From: Bacteroidaceae bacterium
Lineage (GTDB): Bacteria > Bacteroidota > Bacteroidia > Bacteroidales > Bacteroidaceae
DNA length: 64,000 nucleotides
Direction of reading: 5' to 3'
Assembly (NCBI GenBank): GCA_017381475.1
Contig: JAFOCD010000081.1
Location: 1,792 to 65,791 of the forward strand
In this document: in pieces, positions 1 to 7,807 of the stretch
How positions within the stretch are numbered: the stretch's first letter is position 1
Layout of the letters: every line of letters starts with the position of its first letter
Notes under the pieces: model-generated
The model's input: the letters and a program-made list of their open reading frames with translations, nothing else
The model's database searches: none
What the model was told of the DNA's origin: nothing
Position numbers and translations under genes: made by a program

Positions 1-1880
1 TGAAGACGCAGCCCCACCCCACCAAAAACAAAACTACGGTTCAGCGAGAAACTATGTTCAAGATAGCCAGGCATGCGGTTGTTTGCCGTGTTCTGCGGCA
101 ACATATAGCGTTCGCCGACAACCGAAAGCAAATAAGAAACATTGACAATGGGGTTTTCGAGTGACATTGTAAAAGAGCCCGAATGCCGCGGCGTGTAGGG
201 GAGCTGGTGGCGATAATTCTTCGCCGAGACATCGGTGACATCCACCGCATACTGGAAGGAGTAGCTTGCATCGAGCATCAGTGCCACCTTTTTAGAGAGA
301 GCAAGGCGCATGGATACCGAAGCATCGGCTCCCCAAATGTCGGCCCTGCCGAAATTCATCATTCGCCATATATACATGGTGGGCAAGGCCACAATCTTGT
401 CGCGTACATTATTATAATATCCATCGGCTGTAAAAGTAAGATTCCTAAAGAAACCGCTACCCGACAGGTAGAGTGTTGCACCGACATTGCATTGCGTTGC
501 CTTCTCGGGCTTTAGACCGACATTTCCCAGGCGCAGATAGTAGAGATCGGCAAATGTAGGAACACGACAGGCATCCTTTACCGATGCACGAACATGCAGA
601 ATATCATTGCCAAAAGGAGCAACAATCACGCCAAATGAGGGCGAAACACGGAAGAAAGACGGCATACTTTCACTACCCTGCACCTCATCAACAACAGATG
701 TCGCGAGCAACGATGCGGTGAACCTGACACGACGCAAATCATAGTCGGCAGCAGCAACCAGCCACGAGGAGAAACGGCGCGGCGCCTTGCTGTTCTCAAA
801 ATTATTCTCGAGCATAGAATACGCAGCGTCGGCCGCAAAGGAAATCCTAAGGTTCTGTAGCGGACGACAGGCAGCAGCCAATGATGCATACATTTCGTTC
901 TGAATATTTATATCCACCTGCTCACCCGAACTATAGTTTGCACTTACTTCGCGATAGCGAGAATAGTTGTAGTCATACTTGAACAAAGCCTGCAGTTCCC
1001 AAAAATCACCGATGGAACATCCGTATCTTGCCTGAGCAAAGACATTCCTGTTCCACAACCTCTCACGGTTCTCCTTATTATACAGGTTGACCGCACCCGG
1101 CAAGCCACGCTCCGATGAATAGCACCCAATCTTCGCATCAAGCATGCCTGCACCGAGGAGCGCATCGGCATTCGCTTCGAGCGAGAAGGCATTGATATCG
1201 CTGTCACGACGCTTCGCGCGTGTAACAAGCCCCGAATTCACCAGCTCAAAAGGATACATTCCGTCACTGCGCAGGTAATTGCCGTTAAAAGAGAGCCCCC
1301 ACTCCCCCGCCGGCTTATATCGATGAAAGAGCGAAGCGCCTGCGTAGCCGAACGAACCACCCTTGAGCTCGATATTTGTCATGGTCTTACCCACCGAGAG
1401 TGTACGCAATGACAAAAGGGTCGAAGACGAATACTCACGCGCACTTCGCATGACATCGTCGCCACCCAAACCCATTGCCAAAGTGACAGCAGCAATATTA
1501 TTCAATGGGAAACGCCCAAGATCGACCACTCCACTCTGGGCGTCGGACACAACCACGCCGTCATAACTGACAGCAGTATGTTTTGCACCCATTCCGCGCA
1601 CCGACACTGTCTTGAGACCACCGACACCACCATAATCGCGCACATTGACACCCGACATGTATTTGAGTACATCGGCTACACCATCATGTCCCAAACGTTC
1701 CATTTCCTCGCATGAAACCTGTTGTACCGGCGCAGCAGATGTAGCAGAGACTGGCAAAACAACCTCAACAGCATCGACCTCGGGGAGGAGATACTGCAAA
1801 GAGTCAAGTTCCTGAGCCGACACATTCGCCACAGAAGCAAGTCCCATAAACGCAAAAAGGACGCCAAAAATACGCTGCAT
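1..1880 (-). CDS. btuB: TonB-dependent outer-membrane receptor, BtuB-like (C-terminus beyond left window edge)
   Basis: The minus-strand frame is open from the ATG (complement of 1878-1880) to position 1. It is absent from the ORF track because no stop lies in the window. My translation starts MQRIFGVLFAFMGLASVANVSAQELDSLQYLLPEVDAVEVV (signal peptide plus TonB-box-like segment). It continues ...GVADVLKYMSGVNVRDYGGVG..., which is a plug-domain motif. A cobalamin riboswitch sits directly upstream. The gene symbol is inferred from that context. Confidence 0.85.
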   Translation of the reverse strand, partial: MQRIFGVLFAFMGLASVANVSAQELDSLQYLLPEVDAVEVVLPVSATSAAPVQQVSCEEMERLGHDGVADVLKYMSGVNVRDYGGVGGLKTVSVRGMGAKHTAVSYDGVVVSDAQSGVVDLGRFPLNNIAAVTLAMGLGGDDVMRSAREYSSSTLLSLRTLSVGKTMTNIELKGGSFGYAGASLFHRYKPAGEWGLSFNGNYLRSDGMYPFELVNSGLVTRAKRRDSDINAFSLEANADALLGAGMLDAKIGCYSSERGLPGAVNLYNKENRERLWNRNVFAQARYGCSIGDFWELQALFKYDYNYSRYREVSANYSSGEQVDINIQNEMYASLAAACRPLQNLRISFAADAAYSMLENNFENSKAPRRFSSWLVAAADYDLRRVRFTASLLATSVVDEVQGSESMPSFFRVSPSFGVIVAPFGNDILHVRASVKDACRVPTFADLYYLRLGNVGLKPEKATQCNVGATLYLSGSGFFRNLTFTADGYYNNVRDKIVALPTMYIWRMMNFGRADIWGADASVSMRLALSKKVALMLDASYSFQYAVDVTDVSAKNYRHQLPYTPRHSGSFTMSLENPIVNVSYLLSVVGERYMLPQNTANNRMPGYLEHSFSLNRSFVFGGVGLRL

Positions 1881-1924
1881 AAACAAACTTTATAAAACCC
1901 TTACCCGGGGTTTGTATAAAACAT

Positions 1925-2095
1925 AATGAATATGGCAGGTTTTCTGACTTGTTCACCCAAGCACCTTCCCACCCCACCGGGGAGCAGTGGCTATTGACCG
2001 CCTGGGCATCAAAGAACTTACAGCTACGGGTATAGTTCCGGACTCACACCGGATTCCCTTTTACTAACCGCCAACGCAAAGCGGCGGTTACACCA
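1925..2095 (-). promoter_or_regulatory. Cobalamin (B12) riboswitch in the 5' leader of the TonB-dependent receptor
   Basis: The minus-strand RNA reads GGUUAGUAAAAGGGAAUCCGGUGUGAGUCCGGAACUAUACCCGUAGCUGUAAG ... AAGUCAGAAAACCUGCC. The last segment (complement of about 1934-1950) matches the B12 box, and the GGGAA/GGUG/GCUG core is typical of the cobalamin riboswitch family. Boundaries are approximate. Confidence 0.85.
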
Positions 2096-2105
2096 TAATC
2101 GTTTG

Positions 2106-2113
2106 CGAAGATA
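2106..2113 (-). promoter_or_regulatory. Bacteroidetes-type -7 promoter box (TATCTTCG on minus strand) for the riboswitch-btuB transcript
   Basis: The plus strand reads CGAAGATA, which is TATCTTCG on the minus strand, just upstream of the riboswitch. The same GCGAAGATA block recurs upstream of rpe (20378-20385), nfo (27090-27097), fhs (47752-47759) and the DUF5103 gene (56316-56323). Confidence 0.6.
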
Positions 2114-2290
2114 AGAATATTATTTGCAAACAGCAACACATGCAAATAGAAAAAGCAAAAACATAAAAGTGAGCTATAATTTTTTATTCCAAGGAGTGTG
2201 CTTTTAGCCCCAAAAACTGCAAATTAAGCAACCGATTTAACTTTTAACATATTTTAAGAAGTACTTATCCTTATTTTAAACAAATGTTAC

Positions 2291-2298
2291 TATTTTTG
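2291..2298 (+). promoter_or_regulatory. -7 promoter box TATTTTTG for the 2333-5423 operon
   Basis: It matches the Bacteroides TAnnTTTG consensus and lies 35 nt upstream of the ATG at 2333. Confidence 0.55.
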
Positions 2299-2332
2299 AA
2301 AAACATTAATAAACTTTATTCAATTTAATATT

Positions 2333-2755
2333 ATGGGATTTTTCAAATCACTACTAGCAGAGATCGCAGGTGATGCCATTGGAGACATTGCCGGAGATGC
2401 CGTAGGCAGCGTTGCAGAAAAAGCAGCAAGTAAAGCCACAGAAAAAGCTGTTGACCACCTTATGTCTGACAACAATAAGCAGCAGACAGAACCAGCCCCA
2501 CAGCAACAGGCCACACAGCAACAGGCCACACAGCAACAGGCCACACCTGCTCCACAACAGCAGACAAACAGCGGAATGTTATATGACCCAGCTCTCGAAA
2601 ACCTCATTAACGTAGCATTAGCGGACGGTGAGCTGACTGAAAAAGAAAAGCAAATTCTCTTTAGGAAAGCAGAGGCAGCAGGTATAGACCTTGACGAATT
2701 TGAGATGGTGCTTGAAGCAAGGCTTTTTGAGAAAAAGCAAGAGATGCAAGCATAA
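2333..2755 (+). CDS. TerB-like domain protein with N-terminal amphipathic helix and Gln-rich repeat linker
   Basis: ORF of 140 aa. The N-terminus is MGFFKSLLAEIAGDAIGDIAGDAVGSV (amphipathic). A QQQAT x3 linker follows. The C-terminal segment ALADGELTEKEKQILFRKAEAAGIDLDEFE resembles the TerB / DjlA-N family motif. It is first in a tightly packed same-strand gene set. Confidence 0.65.
   Translation: MGFFKSLLAEIAGDAIGDIAGDAVGSVAEKAASKATEKAVDHLMSDNNKQQTEPAPQQQATQQQATQQQATPAPQQQTNSGMLYDPALENLINVALADGELTEKEKQILFRKAEAAGIDLDEFEMVLEARLFEKKQEMQA
2501..2545 (+). repeat. Perfect 15-nt tandem repeat x3 (cagcaacaggccaca), encoding QQQAT x3
   Basis: Direct reading gives units at 2501-2515, 2516-2530 and 2531-2545. 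All three are identical and in frame within the 2333-2755 CDS. Confidence 0.95.
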
Positions 2756-2809
2756 GCCCAGACACAGGCACTCCAGAACGTCCAAATCCAGCAAGCTCAG
2801 GCTGCTGCA

Positions 2810-3316
2810 ATGGCACCAAGACCAACCAAAAGCGGCGAAATTAGCAAATGTCCTGGCTGTGGTGCAATGATTGAGGCATTCTCGACACACTGCCCACAGT
2901 GCGGTTACGAGTTCAACAACAGAGAGGCTTCTGCAAGTTTTACAAGACTCATGAACGAACTCAAGGCAGCCGAAGCAACCAGAACAACAGCTTCTGACAT
3001 CAGGAGTGCAATGTTTGGCCAAGCATTCGGCGACCCTGTTACAAACAAGAAAAAAACAATCATCAGCAACTTCCCAATTCCAAATACAAAAGCAGACATT
3101 CTTGAATTCGTGACCATGGCAGCCCCACTTGCTGTTAAAAAAGGTGGTTTCATGACACAGAACCACCCCGACAACAAGTTACACAATGACCTTGTCGGTG
3201 CTTGGCAAGACAAACTTAAACAAGTTGTTATGAAAGCTCGATTCAGCATGAAAGAAGACAAGAAAACACTTGCGGAAATTGAAGATATTGTACGCCAGTG
3301 CGGTGTCAAGATTTAA
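2810..3316 (+). CDS. Zinc-ribbon domain protein (YdjG-like position in an SPFH operon)
   Basis: ORF of 168 aa with CPGCGAMIEAFSTHCPQCGYEF (CxxC-N11-CxxC zinc ribbon) at the N-terminus. It is in the same frame as the preceding ORF, separated only by one TAA and 18 sense codons. Confidence 0.7.
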   Translation: MAPRPTKSGEISKCPGCGAMIEAFSTHCPQCGYEFNNREASASFTRLMNELKAAEATRTTASDIRSAMFGQAFGDPVTNKKKTIISNFPIPNTKADILEFVTMAAPLAVKKGGFMTQNHPDNKLHNDLVGAWQDKLKQVVMKARFSMKEDKKTLAEIEDIVRQCGVKI

Positions 3317-3340
3317 AAACAACAAAATTAACACATAATT

Positions 3341-4693
3341 ATGGGATTATTTAGCAAAGGAAAAAGCGGAGGCATGATGAATGTCATCCGTTGTGACCAA
3401 GAGGAATACCTTGTTTGGAAATGGAGACCTGAAGGACAGGAAGCTAACAGCACATCACGTGAAAACGCTATCCGTTATGGCAGTAGCCTGAGAGTAAAAG
3501 ATGGCGAAGTAGCAGTTTTCGTGTACAAGCAGAAAGACGGCAGTTGCCAGGATTTCATTCTTGGACCACATGACGAAACAATCAAGACTGCAAACTTCCC
3601 CGTACTTTCAAGCATTGTTGGACTTGCATTCGGTGGAGAGTCACCATTCCAGGCCGAAATTTACTTCATCAACCTGCAGGGAAACAACCAGATCCGTTTC
3701 GGTGTTCCATACTTTGATGTATTCGACCCACGCCTACCAGACCATGGTATTCCAATGGCTGTACGCGGTACTATCACATTCAACATCACTGATTATCGCA
3801 ACTTTATCAAACTTAACCGTCTTGTAAATTTTGACCTTGACGATTTCCAGAAGCAGGTAAAGGACGCTGTAGTGAAATATGTCAAGGGTGTTGTGATGAA
3901 TGTACCACAGAGCATGGGCATACCAGCGGTGCAGATGGAAAGACAAATTCTTGAAATCAATGACAAGGTACGCGAGCACCTCAAGCCACGCTTGGAAGAG
4001 GATTTTGGTGTAAATATGAAAAACCTTGATATCGCGGCACTTGAAATTGACAAAGAAAGCCCATACTATCAGGAGCTTCGTCAGTTGACAGCGGGCAATA
4101 CTGCACGCACATTGAACGCACAGACAGACATCAACATCAAGAACATGCAGGACATGCAGTCTATCAACGCAGAGAACATGGCGGAGACTATGCGTATCCA
4201 GCGTGAGGAGGCACAGAGAGCACAGCGTTTGCAGACCGAGACCAACTTCATTGGTGCTCACCAGGCAAACTTACAGGCCGATGTACTGAAAACCGGTGCA
4301 CAAAGTCTTGGGCAGATGGGAAATATTGGTGGTGCTGGTGGCGGCATGAACCCCGCAGCAATGATGACCGGTATGATGATGGGAAGTGCGATGGGCCAGC
4401 AAATGAGTGGCATGATGAACAATATGGGCCAGCAGATGCAACAATCCATGAACACTCCACCACCAATGCCAAACATCTCATACTATGTTTCGGTAAACGG
4501 TGCACAGAGCGGACCGTTCAACATGCAGCAGTTGGCACAGATGGCACAAAGCGGACAGGTGAACACCCAGACATACGTTTGGAAACAAGGTATGCCAAAC
4601 TGGGAAATGGCAGGCAATATCGCTGAGCTTCAGACAATTTTTATGCCTCAGATGCCAGGTTCAATGCCTCCTCCACCAATGCCAGGAATGTAA
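3341..4693 (+). CDS. SPFH / Band_7_1 (YdjI-like, 'virion core protein'-type) protein with Met/Gln/Gly-rich linker and C-terminal GYF_2 domain
   Basis: ORF of 450 aa. The N-terminal 230 aa (MGLFSKGK...VIRCDQEEYLVWKW...IRYGSSLRVKDGEVAVFVYKQ...FPVLSSIVGL...PFQAEIYFINL...AVRGTITFNITDY) follow the Band_7_1 pattern. A coiled-coil-like segment and a low-complexity M/Q/G stretch follow. The C-terminal YYVSVNGAQSGPFNMQQLAQMAQSGQVNTQTYVWKQGMPNWEMAGNI is GYF_2-like. Confidence 0.8.
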   Translation: MGLFSKGKSGGMMNVIRCDQEEYLVWKWRPEGQEANSTSRENAIRYGSSLRVKDGEVAVFVYKQKDGSCQDFILGPHDETIKTANFPVLSSIVGLAFGGESPFQAEIYFINLQGNNQIRFGVPYFDVFDPRLPDHGIPMAVRGTITFNITDYRNFIKLNRLVNFDLDDFQKQVKDAVVKYVKGVVMNVPQSMGIPAVQMERQILEINDKVREHLKPRLEEDFGVNMKNLDIAALEIDKESPYYQELRQLTAGNTARTLNAQTDINIKNMQDMQSINAENMAETMRIQREEAQRAQRLQTETNFIGAHQANLQADVLKTGAQSLGQMGNIGGAGGGMNPAAMMTGMMMGSAMGQQMSGMMNNMGQQMQQSMNTPPPMPNISYYVSVNGAQSGPFNMQQLAQMAQSGQVNTQTYVWKQGMPNWEMAGNIAELQTIFMPQMPGSMPPPPMPGM

Positions 4694-4719
4694 AATAACA
4701 ACATCAAACAAAATGCAAT

Positions 4720-5070
4720 ATGAACAATAACGATTTTTATTCGATGGACCGTCTTATCGAGTTCGGTCTTGGGGTCAGTATTGCAAAACAGATGGTAAAC
4801 TGTATGAACCAGGGTATGCAGAACATGCATATCCCCGGTTCAATGCAGAACGTGCAGCCCCAGCAACCATCAATTTTCTATGTCGCAATCGACGGAAAGC
4901 AAGCAGGTCCGTTCAACGAGAGTGAGATAATACAACTTGTGAGCCAAAAGAAAATCAACAAGAATACACTTGCCTGGACACCCGGAATGAACGGGTGGCA
5001 AGAAATTGAGAATGTCCCGGCGATTCTGAAGCTTGTCGCTTTGGCTCCTCCACCATTAAAAACTGAATAA
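4720..5070 (+). CDS. GYF_2 (DUF4339) domain protein
   Basis: ORF of 116 aa. The segment IFYVAIDGKQAGPFNESEIIQLVSQKKINKNTLAWTPGMNGWQEIENVP matches the GYF_2 pattern and is paralogous to the C-terminus of the preceding protein. Confidence 0.7.
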   Translation: MNNNDFYSMDRLIEFGLGVSIAKQMVNCMNQGMQNMHIPGSMQNVQPQQPSIFYVAIDGKQAGPFNESEIIQLVSQKKINKNTLAWTPGMNGWQEIENVPAILKLVALAPPPLKTE

Positions 5071-5072
5071 AG

Positions 5073-5423
5073 ATGAAATTCTCAGCATTTCCAGCATTAT
5101 TGGCTATCATATTGTCTGCTGTGCTCAGCTATCTGACCTTTTACCTTAATGTAACAGATGAAAATTGTTGGGTAATCACAATTGGCACATTCATCGGTTT
5201 AGTATCAACACTGATTCCGATTATGTCTTTGAGTACCCCCAACGACAGAGCTGCAACAAACATAAAGGCTCTAAACAGCATTATGCTCATTGCAATGATT
5301 ATATCAACATGTATTTTCACCTTTGCAGGTGTTAATGCACCATTCTATGTAATAATAACAAGCATTCTAGTTGTTTTCAGTCTATATTACACTTGGAAGA
5401 TTTTGAAGGCAGATATAGATTAA
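5073..5423 (+). CDS. Small integral membrane protein (about 4 TM), last gene of the SPFH operon
   Basis: ORF of 116 aa with four hydrophobic stretches. It starts 2 nt after the stop of the previous gene and is followed by a terminator. Confidence 0.65.
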   Translation: MKFSAFPALLAIILSAVLSYLTFYLNVTDENCWVITIGTFIGLVSTLIPIMSLSTPNDRAATNIKALNSIMLIAMIISTCIFTFAGVNAPFYVIITSILVVFSLYYTWKILKADID

Positions 5424-5443
5424 ACATATGCATATATAAAAAT

Positions 5444-5471
5444 AAAGCATGCATCAATTGATGCATGCTTT
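5444..5471. terminator. Bidirectional hairpin terminator between convergent genes
   Basis: aaagcatgcatcaattgatgcatgcttt is a perfect palindrome flanked by A/T runs. It lies between the end of the 5073-5423 gene and the end of rplI. Confidence 0.8.
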
Positions 5472-5496
5472 ATTTTATAGTATATTTACTGATTAA

Positions 5497-5943
5497 TTAT
5501 TCTGCCTCAGCAACTACTGTGAAAGGAACCTTAACGGCAACCTCCTTATGCAATCTAACAGTAGCCTCGTAAGAACCGATCTCCTTAACTGCAGCAACTG
5601 TAATAGTCTTGCGGTCGATCTCGAGACCGAGCTTTGCAAGCTCCTCGGCAATCTGGATTGCACCAACAGAACCGTAAACAACGCCTGTTGCGCTTACCTT
5701 TGTAGCGATTGTCAAAGAAACACCCTCGAACTTAGCTGCAAGAGCCTCAGCGTCAGCCTTGATCTTAGCCAACTTGTGAGCGCGCTGCTTCAAGTTCTCA
5801 GCAAGTACCTTCTTTGCAGACTCGCTAGCGATAACTGCCTTGCCTGTTGGAATCAAATAATTACGGCCATAACCGTCCTTTACCTTAACGATATCGTCTT
5901 TGTAACCCAAGTTGATTACATCTTCTTTCAAAATAAGCTCCAT
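5497..5943 (-). CDS. rplI: 50S ribosomal protein L9
   Basis: 148 aa. MELILKEDVINLGYKDDIVKVKDGYGRNYLIPTGKAV is the canonical L9 N-terminus. It is part of an rpsF-rpsR-rplI operon. Confidence 0.95.
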   Translation of the reverse strand: MELILKEDVINLGYKDDIVKVKDGYGRNYLIPTGKAVIASESAKKVLAENLKQRAHKLAKIKADAEALAAKFEGVSLTIATKVSATGVVYGSVGAIQIAEELAKLGLEIDRKTITVAAVKEIGSYEATVRLHKEVAVKVPFTVVAEAE

Positions 5944-5958
5944 AATTATTCCCTCCTA

Positions 5959-6228
5959 TTATTTCATCATATCAGTAACAAAAGGCAGCAAAGCCAAGTG
6001 ACGTGCACGCTTAACAGCCTGCGCAATACGACGCTGGAACTTCAAAGAAGTACCGGTGATGCGACGTGGGAGAAGTTTACCCTGCTCGTTCAAGAACTTC
6101 TTCAAGAATTCGGGATCCTTGTAGTCGATATACTTAATACCGTTCTTCTTGAAACGGCAATATTTCTTCTTCTTGACATCCACTGTTGGAGGAGTCAAAT
6201 ATCTGATTTCTGAAGGTGTCTGTGCCAT
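5959..6228 (-). CDS. rpsR: 30S ribosomal protein S18
   Basis: 89 aa with the S18 signature [51 protein letters not shown]. Confidence 0.95.
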   Translation of the reverse strand: MAQTPSEIRYLTPPTVDVKKKKYCRFKKNGIKYIDYKDPEFLKKFLNEQGKLLPRRITGTSLKFQRRIAQAVKRARHLALLPFVTDMMK

Positions 6229-6230
6229 AA

Positions 6231-6572
6231 TTAGTTCTCCTTATTACCTTTTAAATTTCTTCTCTTGGCAGCATACTCAGCAGCATACTTGTCCAATTTA
6301 ACTACCAATGAGCGAATAACGCGCTCGTCGCGACGATACTGCAACTCTAACTTAGAAATAACCTTTGGCTCTGCATCGAACTCGAACATTACATAGAAGC
6401 CAGTGGTCTTCTTCTCGATGGGGTAAGCAAGCTTCTTAAGTCCCCAGTTCTCCTCATTGACAATCTCAGCACCTTCAGCAGTGAGAATGCCTTTGAATTT
6501 CTCTACCGCTTCCTTCATCTGAGCATCAGACAAAACGGGAGTCAAAATGAAAACGGTCTCGTAGTGATTCAT
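6231..6572 (-). CDS. rpsF: 30S ribosomal protein S6
   Basis: 113 aa. [16 protein letters not shown]...[10 protein letters not shown] is typical of S6. Confidence 0.95.
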   Translation of the reverse strand: MNHYETVFILTPVLSDAQMKEAVEKFKGILTAEGAEIVNEENWGLKKLAYPIEKKTTGFYVMFEFDAEPKVISKLELQYRRDERVIRSLVVKLDKYAAEYAAKRRNLKGNKEN

Positions 6573-6620
6573 TTTTAATTAATAAATTAGTTAAACATTC
6601 GTTTTTAATAAACGTGGATG

Positions 6621-6628
6621 CAAAGATA
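6621..6628 (-). promoter_or_regulatory. -7 promoter box (TATCTTTG on minus strand) for rpsF-rpsR-rplI
   Basis: The plus strand reads CAAAGATA, about 50 nt upstream of the rpsF ATG. Confidence 0.55.
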
Positions 6629-6826
6629 CACATTTTTTCTTAAACACAAAAGCGAACCGGTAACTTTTTGCAACAACAACCACAAACTAAAGAAAAAACA
6701 AGCTTAAAAAGCCATATTTTATAGTATTAATACACCTTTTTCCTTATTTTTTATAAAAAAATTTCGTTCTCTAAATATTTATGTGTTTCTTTGCAGAAAG
6801 AATATAATAACAAAACATATAGCACT

Positions 6827-7021
6827 ATGGCAAAGTACATTCAAATCCTTGGTTTTTTACTCATCCTTGCTGGCGGCGTTATCATCGCACTCAGCATGAC
6901 AATGGGCTGGAACAACAACAACTGGTTCAATATCGGTTCAGTAGTATCTATTATCGTAGGCTTGGTAACCTACGTGATTGCAGGAAAAGCCGCATTAAGC
7001 GAGAATGCAAAGGAGAAATAA
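6827..7021 (+). CDS. Small 2-TM membrane protein
   Basis: The track ORF starts at a TTG (6791). The ATG at 6827 (MAKYIQILGFLLILAGGVIIAL...) is more plausible. There are two hydrophobic helices, and a hairpin terminator follows. Confidence 0.5.
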   Translation: MAKYIQILGFLLILAGGVIIALSMTMGWNNNNWFNIGSVVSIIVGLVTYVIAGKAALSENAKEK

Positions 7022-7044
7022 GAAAATACTTTTCAATACCAAAT

Positions 7045-7074
7045 AGAGAAAGCACCCTACCGGGTGCTTTCTCT
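7045..7074. terminator. Hairpin terminator between convergent genes
   Basis: agagaaagcaccc-tacc-gggtgctttctct forms a 13-bp stem followed by a T-rich tail. Confidence 0.8.
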
Positions 7075-7098
7075 ATTTAATATAGGAGCAAGAATCCA

Positions 7099-7800
7099 TC
7101 AACCCTCCACATCGGGCGCAATGAGTTTGTAACCCCTGCCATGGATGTTGATTATTTCTATATTCGAATCTGGTCTAAGATGTTTACGCAACTTGGTTAT
7201 GTATACATCCATGCTGCGAGCATTGAAATAGTTATCATCGCTCCACACTGTCTTAAGTGCATAGTCGCGCTGGAGTATCTCATTGCGGTGTGCACACAGC
7301 AAACCCAACAGTTCCGACTCCTTGGTTGTCAACTTAGTCTGTTCGCCGTCAATAGTAAGAACCTGCTTCTGGGTATCGAACTGAAAACGTCCAATCTTGT
7401 ACATGGCGTTCTCCTTGTACTTCTTGCCACGCACACGACGAAGGATTGTCTCGATACGCGCCACAAGCACCTCCATGCTGAACGACTTTGTTATATAATC
7501 GTCAGCACCAATCTTGAAGCCCTCAAGAATATCCTCATTCATGGTTTTCTGAGTAAGGAATATAATGGGGATATCAGCATCAACAGCTCGGATTTCTTGA
7601 GCCAACGTAAAGCCATCCTTGATAGGCATCATCACATCAAGCACGCATATATCAAACTTGCCTTTCAAAAAGGCCTTATATCCGGCATCACCGTCGGGAC
7701 ACAATTCGGCATAATACCCTTTAGCCTGAAGATACTCACGCAAGAGCATACCGATATTCTCTTCGTCCTCGCACAACAAAATTCTTGTCTTCTCTTCCAT
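7099..7800 (-). CDS. OmpR-family response regulator (RprY-like)
   Basis: Receiver domain (MEEKTRILLCEDEENIGMLL...LDVMMPIKDG...TQKT) plus winged-helix output domain (...ITKLRKHL...IHGRGYKL). The start is trimmed to the ATG at 7800 because the track extension overlaps the upstream kinase gene. Confidence 0.85.
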   Translation of the reverse strand: MEEKTRILLCEDEENIGMLLREYLQAKGYYAELCPDGDAGYKAFLKGKFDICVLDVMMPIKDGFTLAQEIRAVDADIPIIFLTQKTMNEDILEGFKIGADDYITKSFSMEVLVARIETILRRVRGKKYKENAMYKIGRFQFDTQKQVLTIDGEQTKLTTKESELLGLLCAHRNEILQRDYALKTVWSDDNYFNARSMDVYITKLRKHLRPDSNIEIINIHGRGYKLIAPDVEG

Positions 7801-7807
7801 AATAATT

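Noticed and set aside
2753-2755. Alternative genetic code (TAA read as sense) as the explanation for the in-frame stop between the TerB-like and zinc-ribbon ORFs.
   Set aside because: Many neighbouring, well-conserved genes terminate at TAA at the expected protein ends (for example rplI, the GYF protein and glnS). Global recoding is therefore not credible.
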